This document shows, one piece after another, positions 35,301 through 48,199 of a stretch of 64,000 nt of DNA. The notes beneath the pieces are model-generated. The model worked only from the letters and a program-made list of their open reading frames with translations, was not told the origin of the DNA and ran no database searches. Each line of letters opens with the position of its first letter. Position 1 is the stretch's first letter. Source of the DNA: Phyllosticta citribraziliensis (lineage: Eukaryota); NCBI RefSeq assembly GCF_038025025.1, contig NW_027117339.1, forward strand, positions 682,001-746,000, given 5' to 3'. The position numbers were made by a program, and so were the translations under genes.

Positions 35301-38300
35301 TCTTAGGTCAGCATTGGCCTGCCACACAACGTTTGATGCCGACTCGGACAAGATTTCCAAAGCTTTAGAAACGAAGGAGGATGTGTCCAACATCGTTGAG
35401 GCTTCAATACACATGCACAGTAACCGTCCGACCAACATGGAAGATCTCCCATCAGAAGTTCAACATAGTTTCCTGTTGAGTCAAAAGCTGTCACGGAAGC
35501 TATTCGGACATCTCAGAGTACTGCTTGCCAAGCACTCTGCAGGTATTAATCAAGCAGTCGGCGAGATTTCTGACCTGAAGAATCTTGATGGGAAGTGGGC
35601 CGTCGACTTCAGCTCCGAAAGCCCTTGGATCAGCAGTGGGACTTTTGACCGCACAGAAGGACCAGGTCAAAAACTCAAATTCAATTTGTTGACTGGGGAA
35701 TTGTTGGTTGACGGCCAACCCATGGGACGTTTGCCATCGGAGATCACAGAAAGACCGCTCTACCAGAGAGTGTTTTCTTCCGTAAGCATTGTTCCGCGAC
35801 TGACTGGCTCTTGACTGACATTTTGTTAGCGAATTCTTCGTGTTATAGCCTCAGACTTGCCTCAGATGCAGTATCGGTCTCTAGAACCGATTGAAGGTCA
35901 TGAGGTAAGGACTCCCAATCAATCATCAACAGCGCGTTCTAACCGGGATACAGATCCACTTAGGCCTGCATGACGGCGAGTTGCTGATCAAAGCAAAGAT
36001 CGGAACGCAGATCTTGCGTATCATACCGCATGAACACTTTGATGGGGACCTCCCCCGTCATTTCCAGCATGATTTTGTCCACTGGATGGACATGGAGAGT
36101 CACATCATTGAATTTCGACCCGTTCAAAGGCCTTGGGCGAAGCCCTCAAAGACCTTGGAATTGAAATTCAATCCTGATGGACGGTCATCGATGCAGGTGG
36201 GAAACAATGATCTCATTGAACTGCAGACCTCGCCGGGAAAATCTTCCAAACTGGCAAAATCTTTGAACGCGGCCTTCAATGCTCTGGAGAAGCCCATGCA
36301 CTTGGTGGCAACATCTTCTCGATCTTCAGGGAGGGTTGAAATTGAACTTCCTCGATTTGGGCTGAAGTTCTTTGTCAACGAACAAGGGCTGCTGGAATCC
36401 CAACAGCTTTCTTCTACGGTGGCTGAAGAGCAGGACATAGGATGCCTCTACGGACTTCGGAACAAGCTTGTCCTGCAGGGCAGTACCAGAAAGAGTGTGC
36501 TGATTCCTCTTGGATCAGTGACCGTCAGCAAATTCGACGAGCACAAGCGGGTGCGCATCAACTGTGGAGACGGGGAAAAGATTCGGTTCGTCCACTTCTA
36601 CCAGAACGAAATCCTTGGAACCCTACAAGGCGCGTCAAGCGTCACGGAACTTCTCTACCAGGCATACCTCCATGCAGTGACGAGCTTCCCTCAGCCTGAT
36701 CCCTTGACAGGCCACAATGGAACTTCCGAGGCCTTAACTATTCTGGAAGATAAAAGGCTCAAAACCCCATTCACATTGACCAAGGACGACATCAGACTGC
36801 TTGCACAAATAGCAGAACTCACCCCTCGACGTGAACTACATTCGACGCGTCTGAGGCACGCGCAAAGAGTCCTTTGGCGGCTTGATGTGGATCAACTGAC
36901 TCAACACGAGGCATTTTACACTCTTGCGCGGGACATAATGTCCCACAACTCGCAATTTGCAATGCTATCAAACGATGAATTTCTCAGTGAGGAAGTCAGC
37001 AGAGGAGACCAACGCCTGCTGCACCGAGCGCATCTGCGGAATTCAAGCGCTCGAGTCCCCTGTCTGACCAGAAGGCTTGTGGAATCTGGCTCTGATAAGC
37101 CTTCAGACTCCAGGGACGGAAAAATGGAAAGCCCCCGATCCATTCGCGCATTCAAAATAGCTGCCTTGATCCACGACTGGAAATCACGCATCAAGGTAAT
37201 GCGGGACCTTCCAGAGAAGGCTCAGTCTTGGAAGTTTGTGAAAGGATATGGCCAAAACCTCGAGCAAGAAATGGAGATGACCATTGACAGCCTTCTCGAT
37301 TTCCAAATCGAGAGGCATTGGGGGTATCTCTACAGTCTCTGCCGTGACTCTGGCAAGGAAACACACCGTTACAAACTCCTCTTTCTTTTCACCACAATGG
37401 CTTTCGGAAACCCTGCTTCTAAGCCGTACCTTCGAACACTTCTTGCCATTGCTGTCTCCGGTCAGTTCAAGGACGTTTTACCAGACCACTCTTTCTATGA
37501 ACTCGACTTCGGGCACAGTCCCGTCTCCAAAAAGCTAGAGGCCGACATCAGGACCGGCTACAAGGCGTTTGATGAGCGGCCAGACGAATCCCCTTTTGAG
37601 CGGGAAGTACGCCACAGTGCATACCTCAAACACAGAAAACAGCAGTGTGGAGAAGTAGCGCGACATCTCGAACAACAGTGGCCCTGCGAAATTGTTTCGC
37701 TTCCTGATGCTGCTGAAGCGCCATTGATCGACCTTGAAAAAGTAGGACCAAAATGCAAGTTGCTGTTCAGCAGATGGTTTCAAAATCACCACTTTTTCAA
37801 TCACTTGCGCACGGTTGGACAGCTGCTGCTCCAATTCAAAGGCACGAAGTCAGCTTGTCGTGGTCCCCGAAAGCTTCCTGCATACAAAGCACCTGCCGAA
37901 AAGCAACCCCAGGAGATCTATCCATCGATATTGAGCCTTTTAGGATCCAGGAATCCACCGGCCTTGAGAAAAGCTCCAGAGCCCTTCATGGCAAGCCGCA
38001 GCACGCGTCACATGGAAGTTTCGTCCAACCATGACGAGCTCCGCAGAGTTCTTGAGAACTTGCAGATAGGAGGCAGTCATACTCGAGTGACTTACATCAA
38101 TGACCTTCTTTCTAGCTTGGACGCTTTAGAGAAAGCCGGCTCCAGAACCCTTCCCCAGGAAATATCCGACAGTCTCGATGTACTCATTAGCCATCGGGAG
38201 ATGCTCTTGGAGTTTTTCCGACAAAGCCTCGCTGAAGTCAGTCAGACGCTCCAACCCGAGCCAGCGATTGTTGGTGCGAAGCTCGCTTCGATGACTGGAC

Positions 38301-41300
38301 TTTGGCCCCGAACGACACCTTACTCTTTGCTCGCATGTCTTTCGGTAAAGAACCTCGATTCTCTTTCTGAAAGCTGGAAAGCAGCGTTGACTGCTCTTGG
38401 AGAAGCCATATGCCTACTCCAGAGGTCAGAGCGTCTCATCGAATTGAAAACAAAGAATAACGCCCTTGCCTTCTACAACGAGGCCGAAGAGGCTGGACGT
38501 CAAGGCTGGTCGTCCTTAGAGAATCCGTCTTGGCTTCTTATGGAAATCCAAGGCAATTTTCAGATAAGGCGTATACAGGCCACTGTCGCCAAGAAGGTGA
38601 TTGATCCGGATGGCAAAGAAAATGCCATGGTACAGCTGAATATGGGAGAGGGAAAGTCTTCTGTCATCACGCCAATGGTCCTTGTAGCCCTTGCGGACAG
38701 GAAGCAAATCGCTCGCTTGCTCGTACTGAAGCCCTTGCTCAAGCAAACGAACTCTCTGCTCAGTCAACGACTAGGTGGTCTGGTCAATCGCTCAGTCTAT
38801 CATTTGCCCTTTACGAGGGATACCAGGATCGACGAGTGTCGCCTTCCCAACCTGAGGAAAATTTACGACGAGGTTTTGGAACAGCAAGGAGTTATTCTCG
38901 CCTTGCCAGAACATATCCTCTCTTTTCGCCTGCTGGGGCGGGAAATGTTCATGAAGCAACCGAAACTTGCACGATCAGTGATGGGTCTCGATCTCTGGCT
39001 TCAACAGACTTGCCGGGACGTCCTCGATGAGAGCGATGAGCTCCTGGATTCAAGGTCCATGTTGGTCTACTCAATTGGAAATCAACAGCATCTCGACGAT
39101 CAGTCGCAAAGGTGGAACACGATACTAGAGGTCTTCACCGTGCTAGCAGGTCATGTCAAAGAAAATTCTGCGAGAATTCCAACTCTTGAAGTGGACTACC
39201 GGGGCCGCTCCTTTCCTTTTCTGACGTTTCTGGATGACCAGACCTGCGCCAGGGTTCTAGAGACGCTCGTGACGGACATCCTGCGACGCAATCTCTGTGG
39301 CATTTGCTCTGATCGCTGGAGTTCGGCAACTTTCTCGGGAGTACAGAACTTTATCTCCCGACGAAGACTCGCACCCTTCGATTTCAACAACATGGAGGAA
39401 GAGTTTGGAAGCAAGCCAGTGTGGAACAAGCTCCACCTACTGCGTGGGCTTTTTGCGCATGGGATCCTGGACTTTGCCCTCCGAGATAAACTCTGGTTGG
39501 TCAATTACGGGCTCGCACCAGACCGTTGCCAGATTGCAGTGCCATACCGGGCGAAGGGGTTACCGTCGGCCAACGCAAATTTCTCTCATCCTGACGTGGC
39601 AATCGTGCTCACCTGTCTCAGTTATTACTGGGGCGGGCTGACGCAGAATCAGCTCAAGCACGCCTTTGAGATTCTGATGGCGGAGACAGATCCATACTGC
39701 GAGTATGAAAGATGGACCATGGACGCCCCTGAATTGCCACCCGAGCTAGAAACACTTGATGGTGTCAATCTGGACGACGTAGAAATCTGGGAATGCAAAA
39801 TCTATCCCAGTCTGCGTTTCTCAAAGGCTGTCATCGACTTTTACATGTCCCGGGTTGTTTTCCCGCACGAAGCCAAGGAATTCCCCCGCAAGCTGTCTCT
39901 CTCAGCCTGGGATCTTGCTTCTACTAACAGGTCAATGCCCACAACTGGATTCAGTGGCACTGTTGATACCATGATTCCATCTTTGGTCAAGCAACGAGAC
40001 TTGCCCGAGCTTCAGGATACCAACGCCATGGTCATGGAGCTTCTTCTTAAGGAAGAGAATCGCGGCTACATTGAAGCCAAAAATGCCCAAGGTCGTCGGC
40101 TGGGATTAGAAGAGCTTCTTCAAAAAATTTCGAATCACTCAAATCAAGAAAAGAAAATCCAGGTCTTGATTGACGTCGGCGCTCAGGTTCTGGAAGCCGA
40201 AAATGAAGATGTGGCAAAGTTGTGGTTGACATTTTCTCCCGACTACGAGGCCGCGGTATTCTTCAATGAAAATGATGAGATCATGGTGGTGGATCGTGAT
40301 TCGCACATCGAACCTCTCTCAATATCACCCTTCAACAAGAAGCTTGACTCAGCCTTGATCTACCTTGACGAGGTTCATACCAGAGGTATCGATCTGGACC
40401 TGCCCTTAGAAAGCTGTGCCGTCGTCACGCTTGGACCGAAGACCACCAAAGACCGCCTCGTGCAAGGTAAAGATTCTCCAGTTTTAAATCAAAGCCAAAA
40501 TTACTGACCGATCTTCCTAACTAGCATGTATGCGCATGAGAAAACTTGGTTGCAACCAGTCACTTGTGTTCTTGGCACAACCGGAAGTCCACCGAGCAAT
40601 ATTCGCAGTCTCTGAGAAAACCGACGAGGCCGAGCTAGACTCGACCGATGTCTTGAAGTGGGCTCTTTCCCAAACTTGCTCTACAAAAGATGGAATCAGA
40701 CCTCTTTACGTTGCTCAGGGCCTGGAATATTGCCACAGAAGCCGTATATGCTCCAAATTCCTCCACGACATGGGCGCCATGCCATCAGATGACGACATGC
40801 CATCGGAAGAAGCCATTCTGTGCTTCAATAAAGAGATTTCAGAGCCCGATGCACGGCAACTGAAAGAGATGTACGGTGCTGAGGCTAACAAGAATACTGT
40901 GCGTCCCTGCCTCCTTGATGAGTCCGCCCAAAAGGACCCACTGGCACAACCGCTGGTCCGCGAGTGGAGAGCTTTACAAAACCAAGCTCGAAAGGACCCA
41001 ACATTCGAAGATGAGCAGGAAAGAGAAATATCTCATGAGGTCGAGCAGCTTCGAGATATTCAAAAGGCACCAGCTGCTGCAGCCCATATTCACGAGCTAC
41101 ACGACGATGTCATCAACTTCGTCAAGACGGGAACGTGGGACAGACTTGAAGGCTGCCCTTTCTACCCCGCGTTTGAAGCATTGAGAAACACCACTGCGCA
41201 TAAGAAGCTTCCAAAGAACAGCAACTGCTGCGGAGTCTTTGTTACGCGGGACTTCATCAAGACCGTTCATCAAGGCGAGGAGCCAGACCAAGACCAGTTC

Positions 41301-41933
41301 ATCCGCCCAGTCAAGTGGGTGGTTTCAAGCACAAAGACGAGTGACCTCGTAGTCATCAGTCCTTTCGAAGCAAATGAGATGCTACTTGAGTTCCAGAAGT
41401 CGACGGCGGTAAGACTGCACACATACTCAGCCATGACATCAAGAAGCATGAAGTCATTCAGCGACCTGTCTTCCTTCACAATCACTGGCATCAAACCTGG
41501 CGCACTTACAGCTGGCGAGCAGGCTTCGCGCCAGATGGCGATTGCCCAGCTCGACATTTTCGCTGGTTGTCTCTTCCTGAAGGACTTCGACTCCTACCTG
41601 GTGGCTTGCGATTTTCTTGGTCTCAATATACGCAAGAATCGCCACCCCACAAACAGTCGCAAGAGGCAGAAAATCAGCAAAACTAAGGCCGTTCGAATTG
41701 ACGGCATCGGCCAAGATGGCTTCACCGAGCCTAACGTCAGGAAGGAGATGGACCCAAATTGGGAATCCCCATTTGAGAGCTCCCCGTTACCTTTTCTCAG
41801 GGCGCTTATTGGCATCAGGCGCAAGGGCCAGGCCTATGCGCAGACACATATGGGAAGTGTGCTCAATGCGCGCCCATTGACAAAAGAGAGTTTCCAGGAG
41901 GACTTGGATGATACGGACGACTCAGACGCTTGA
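32358..41933 (+). CDS. Giant DUF6606/DUF3638/DUF3645-type protein (~3,121 aa) with an SF2-helicase-like P-loop module
   Basis: Exons 32358-32685, 32741-35781, 35830-35904, 35954-40466 and 40525-41933 splice in frame (9366 nt). Motifs: NHVILPPKLPQ, PWRRSPLWL, QLNMGEGKSSVI, RDVLDESDE, AVPYRAKGLPS..FSHPDVAIVLTCLSYY, TTGFSGT, YLDEVHTRGIDL, VQACMRMRKLG and EQERE. Confidence 0.9.
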
Positions 41934-42551
41934 AAAGGCGCGGATGAAAATAATGGGGGTCATGGTTAATCCCTTGATTTACTTGGTTTGCTACATCTTC
42001 TTTTGGCTGATCTACTTTTGGTTTATTTGCTTTGCCCGGTTAAGCTGGAAGGTGATGGGTGGAAAAGTTTCTGCGAGAAAATCTGCTAGTTGGGCTCGGA
42101 AACCTTCTCTTCTAGGGTCGACGAGCGTGGATGATGAGTGGAATATCAAGGAGAGGCAGGCATGGATGCAAGGTCTTCGAAGTCAGGTAGCCAGGAGGCC
42201 GGGGGAAAAAGTTTGCATGCGAGTCAGGTAAATAACAAAAAGTGCTTTTGGAAAATCGTCGTCATTTCACTCACTTGCGATGTTTGCGCACGATGTAAAG
42301 ATGGTTGGTCATCTGTGAAGTATTAGCATGGCCACTCTCCGCGACCTTTCAGCTGTGTATCCGCATCGAAAAACGACTGGCAGTCCATTCAACCACTATT
42401 CGAATTCAACTGGCGAATGCTGATGACACAATGCTACCGAATCGGACGCATACTGAAGACCGACCATCATAGGCTACTTTTCGACAGCCATAATCCGCTA
42501 CAAATCTCGAAGTGTGTTACCGCATCATTCAACACCAACATGTCTCTTTTG

Positions 42552-44233
42552 CTACAGCTCCAACGGTACCACGACACCCGTACACTCCCCAAACCCAAGC
42601 AACTTCTCTCCTGTTTCCGCATCATGCACCCAGCCCGTCAAGCCCACCTCATCGCCATCCTCCAACCACGCCAACGGGCGCCTACCACCACCCAGCTCAA
42701 CGGGCCGCGTGCCCATATAGCTGCGCTCGGCAAGGCAACAGCGGCCAGAATCGTCGCCCTGTTGCAAGAAGCATCATCAGTACCAAATACACACAGCAAA
42801 AGGAAACGACTGAGCATAGGACGCGAATTTACTTACTTCGAACAACGACATGGTCCCTGTGCCCAGCAAGTCGCCAGGCCCGATGGCGCTCCCGTTGCGC
42901 GTCTGGTGCGCGACTAGCTGCCGGTACGTCCAATATGTCTGCTTGTACTCTGCGTGGCCCACTTGCACTTCCTCATCACCGCCGGCACCGCCAGCATTGC
43001 TCCGGCGCAAAGTGACCGCGCAGCGAATGTCCAAGCACGGAGGTAGCTGCGGCGTGTCGTCTTTCTCAGACAGATAGTCGACAAAGGGCACGTGTGGCTG
43101 CAATTGACGCGGCAGCCGGGCGTGCGCGTCCAGTGCGTCCAAAGTCACGATCCAGGGGGAGATCGTGACGGCACCGGATTTGCCGAGGAAGGGACCCGTT
43201 GGTCCAGCAGATTCGGACGATTGGATGTCGCGGGCTGGTGTGAGGGATTCAGTGGGGATGGACGTGTGCGGAGTGACAACATGGTTGGCAAGAAGGGGAA
43301 AGGGGTAGGGTGCCGACACCACAACCCCTGATTCCACCCCTGCCACCTTTTGACCGCACAAATGAACGAAACGCGCAAGAACTTACCACTCCAATCATTC
43401 AACAACACAAAGCCAAATACCACGTCGTCCACCTCGTCCAATTTCACAGTCTGTCCCCCGGCCGTCTCGCCGCACAAATACACGCCTAGCTCGAGCTCGA
43501 AATCGAACTTTTTGGATGACCCTGAAGTAGCGACCGCATCCAGTTGAAATTGCCCGTCGATGATTCCGGAGAAGCGTCGAACCGGAGAACCCGATATAAG
43601 AATGTTGCGCGAGTTTCCGTAGTAGCCCAATGGCGAGTGATAGAAGGGGGCGCGGGCGGGGACAGGGTGGTTGAGGAGGTCAGCCATCTGTGAAAGTGAG
43701 TCCCGATTCTTCTTCTCCCCATGCATTTCCAGTTTTTCCAACACCCCCTTTCCCTCTGATTCCCTCTCCGCATCTCTTTAATTCATCATTTCTGCCACCG
43801 GCCGCCTCCCACTTGAATCCGGGGAAAAGAAAACACATACATTAACCGCATGCCCCAAACTGCTCACATAATCCGCATAGTTCAACGTCTGCATCGGCAC
43901 ATGGTTCCTCGTCCGCCGCTCCTCCAACAACGCCTCCCCCCAACTCCCCTCCCCTCGCTCTTGCACCTCCCTCCACACTTCTTGCACACGCTCGCGAACA
44001 GCCCGCCGCACAGCCCGGGGCTGCGCCGCAAATGCATTCAGCGTCTTCGCATCGCGCAGCGTTGCGGCGTCAAATTCGGGAATTGAATCGAAGACCCCGA
44101 GCCGCGTGAGCGCAGAAAGATCGATAACGGTGGAGTCGATGCGCGTCGCTGGGCGCGGTAAGGCGGAGGTGTCGGTTGAGATGACGCCAAAGGGGATGTT
44201 GGTAATGGGGAATTGGTCGGAGGTGCTGCTCAT
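42552..44233 (-). CDS. Divergent fumarylacetoacetase (FAH)-family hydrolase; 4 exons
   Basis: FPITNIPFGVIS, TLNAFAA, FDFELELG, FGFVLLNDWS|ARDIQ, GPFLGKS..TISPWIVTLDAL, GDLLGTGT, LEDGDEV and GFGECTG. Confidence 0.9.
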
Positions 44234-45123
44234 GGTGGCGTCGGTGGAGTTCGTCTCTGTCTTTTCTTTCGTCTCCTCTATTGTTACGGTTTGTTTGAAT
44301 GCGCTTTGAAATTGCCTGGCTCTTTCTTAATGGACTGGTAGGTTGAAGTTTGCGGCGCTTGTTTGTGCGGCAACAACTGGTCAAGAAAGTCAGTCCGTGA
44401 GAACTTTCGAACGGAATCGAGAGAAATCCATAGCGAGGCAGTTTTCCTTCAGGTTTTGCCGACACGAAACGCCTCTGTAGCAGAAGCAAGTCACTCGACC
44501 CCTGCGGGCGCGCACTGCCTCAAAATTCTCCTGTCCTTTCAAACAATCAAACAGACAGAATGAAAAAGAGACACACTTACATTCTTCTCAAACTTCCGGT
44601 GTCCGATTTCAAACGCCCCGGATATGCCGTTCCAGGGAATTCGTTTTATTCGATGGCCTTCCAGCTCCCCGCGCCTCTCTCGGCTCCGCTCGCGGGAGCC
44701 GTCCGGGATGTGGACCACCGCACACGCGAACGCGCCGGACCCCGTGCCGCCTCCGCAATTCCGCACGCGGAACTGATCAGCTGGAAGTGAAGGAGAATCA
44801 TTTAAGCGGCTCGATGCAAAAGGACCATGATTTCAGTTTCAGTGACTGCTTCGGCAATCCCTGGATTAGATACTGCGTCAGTCCAATTGGGAATCGATCA
44901 CAGCGATCTGGTCACAATGTCCACCTTCCGCTGCTGCATGTTGAATCTGTGGTTGCAAATGCTTCCACGACGTCTCGAGAGTTGGAGTAGACAAGGAAAA
45001 GAGAGGGTGAATGTGGGGAAGAGACGCTCAATGCTTTACTGTATATGTAAGTACAACGATCGACTTTTCTTCGTCCATCCACCAAATGCGAGCCACCAAA
45101 TCCCGATTAATGCATCCTCATGC

Positions 45124-46717
45124 TCAACCAGAAGGAGCAGCAACAACGACGGGCTTCTCTGTCGGGAACTTGTTGATGTCTTCTTCCGAAATATTCAGGG
45201 TGTCCTTGACGATTTGGTGCGGCGTCAACGCAAGCCACTGTCCAAGAGAAATGTCTGTCAAGCAACAACAGTTAGCAAAACATCACACTGTCAAAGAAGA
45301 GGCGGAACGTACCAGCAAAATGGTCCGCCTGCAAGACCTCGAGCAGAATGACGTCGTCCTCGCCGACATTCTGGATGTAGTGCGACTCAGATTGGGGAAA
45401 GTATCCCACATCTCCGGCATGGTAGTCAAACGTCGTAGCCGTGTTTGGCGGCTTAAACAGCGTTGCGCGCGCAGTTCCTGCGATGAAGAAACTCCATTCG
45501 GGGCTGCTGGGGTGCCAGTGGATCTCACGCATGGCGCCGGGCTTGATCGTCACCAGAGCGGCTGAAAATTTAGATGCAATGGGGAATGTGAGCGGGTCGA
45601 GAATTTTGACGCTACCGCCAGCAACCTCGCGCGGCTCTTGTTCCGAGAAATGGTATGTGTAACTGTCCTTGCCTTGGAGCGTGCCGGCCGAGCTGGTCAC
45701 GTTTTGCTTTTGAATATCGGTTGGAGCCGCTGTGCCGGGGAAGATGAAAAGTTCGCCGTCGGGAATGTCGTCAAAGGCGGATACATTGACGTTGAGGTTC
45801 TGGGCCAAAACGGATTTCTGGAGCAGTCAGACACGTATTCGGCAAAATATCAGTCATGGGAAGACTCGTACCGGATTGTGGGCAATGATTTCAGAAGCGA
45901 GGAATGTGTTGTCTTCTGAAAAGCTGCCATCATCGAATACCAGCATAAACTCACAACCTCCTTCTAGTGCCTGGATGGAGTGCGGGACGCCTCTGCGAGC
46001 AATTAGCCATATTACTCGGTACCAAGGGCCGAACACTTACGCGGGAAAGAACCAAACGTCTCCCGCGGATACATCGTCTACGAAAGTCTTCCCGTCCTCT
46101 TGTACGGCCTGTTTCGATTAGCCATGAGCATACACAGACACCGGCACACGTACCTGGACTCGCGCACTACCATTCAACATCAATGCCCATTCGCTCGCCA
46201 CATGCCAATGTAGTTCGCGGTAGCCATTTGGCTCAAGTCTCATGTCAACACCAGCCATGGCGGTGGCATCAGGCAGGACATCCACGTTCTGCTGTCTCGA
46301 CCAGCCAGCATTTTTCTTGCCTTGCTTGACTTTGCTCAAAGCCAGGCTCCATTGCGCATTGCCCACGTCGCCGTGATCTGTTCCTGGCGGCGCCAATCTG
46401 TCGCTAAAGAGTTTGTCCAACGCGGGAGTGCGAGGGCCGGGGTCTGTCCCGCCTTTGGAACCTCTGATTGGCTGTGGGTTGTCCACATTAGAGAAGTCCA
46501 GGTACTCGCCAATGTTGGCATCCTCTTTCTGGCCTGGGAGTAGTTCGTAGTCGCCGACGTCGTTGGTGTTTTCTTGGCTCAGAACGTTGGTGGGATTATA
46601 TCCCAAAAGTTCCTCTGAGCCACGCAGGCCTGGATTGCTTGCAGGCGCACAGCTGACGCTCCCGATGGCGACTAGCGACAGGAGAGCCAGGCGCGGGACC
46701 GAAGTGTGTCTAGCCAT
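45124..46717 (-). CDS. oxdC: Secreted oxalate decarboxylase (Mn bicupin)
   Basis: Signal peptide, [41 protein letters not shown] and AMREIHWHP; 4 introns. Confidence 0.94.
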
Positions 46718-48199
46718 TTTGGAACGCACTGGGAGTGGAAGGAGGAATTCGAAGGAACGAGGTGGGTTACACTGCCGGTCTATTCATGAACTCTGTGCAG
46801 AACTCTAGGCTTTATACGTCACCTTTAGAGCCAAGGGTGACTCTCTCATGAGCCCACAAACTACTGCATCCCCCGCAGCTGCACCTCCCATCTCGCTGCA
46901 GGGTCGTTCCCCTCACCAACTCGTTCTTGGCAAACGCCGCATCCCGCGATCAGTTAGAAGCCCCGCGCCGCAAGTGTTTGTTCGTCTTGGCAAAGTTCAT
47001 GGCGTCGGCATTCCTCTCGCTTGGATGTCGATGGAACTTGCATATATCTGCAAAAGTGAGCAAAGACCGAGACACGATATTGAAAAAGTGGAGGTAAGTA
47101 CCAGCAGATGGGATTCAGGCGTCTGGCCAATGTCGAATGCTGGTTGATGCAAGGATATCGCTGGGCCAACCTGCTGGCCCTTTGCATTGCGCGTTAAATC
47201 CGAGCCATGTCATGGCCCTTCGATTGAAGATGTCTTGTGCTGTGGCAGAGGGGCAGTGTCCAGATGCGCTCTCTGGGAGGCTTCGGCACAACTCTCCCGC
47301 GACTATTGATGGCGCAGCCATTCCAGCGTCCACGTCGACCGTCAGGGCGGGACAGAGGTTTGGGTTGAAATTAGTACGTCATAGGTTCCTCGGTGCTAGC
47401 GGGCTTTTTTGGGTTGCGCTAGCAGTGACGGCCGGTGCAGAGAACCAATCGAGGCAGTGGAGGGAGGCATTTTTACCCATCTGCAGTGTCCATATGCCGT
47501 AAGTGTCACCAATGGGCTTTCTCGTTTTTGCAAATTGACCGCGGAGCGCGTGCAGAGGCCGAGTGCGAGGTCAGCTTCCGGTAGTGAGCCAAACTGGCGC
47601 CGGAACGTGAACCCCACGCTCGAAGTCACGTAAAGGGTCGATGAATTTCGCACCAACCATTGACCACAGCATTTCCCTCAATCCAGAAAGTACTGCGTGA
47701 ATCTGACGCCAGCGTCGACTGGTTTGCTGTGGCCTGGTGGACTGGGATTAGCTAGCTTTCTGGGCGGGTGTTTGGTTGAGCCGTTAACCATCCTTGAAGC
47801 GTGGCGTTATGACGGTGCTCTAAGTCGGAACTTCGGCATCGACCAAAACCAGACGGGCGTCATATACGGTGGAGACGTTCATATTCTGTCAGCCTGAACT
47901 CGCCGTCGCCTGCTAAGAAGTAGAGTAGAGGTGAGGATTCAGATGCATCCAACGTTTCGACAACCGATCTGCGCCAAGAAGTCTTGTTGACGACAAGTGG
48001 ACCCTCCAAGCTTTGAAGCGATGCGCTTGAAAAAGCTTGGTAGCGTAGCTCACTGGCAAGCTAGAGCGAGATTCGAACTGCTTCGGACGTAGAAATCCCA
48101 GAACAGGTCAGGCCCCGGTCAAGGCCGTTCTCGACAGCGGGGCGAGCTGCATGCGCGTCCCGCATGGATCCGTACCGAGCCGCAGGGTGCGTGATCTTC

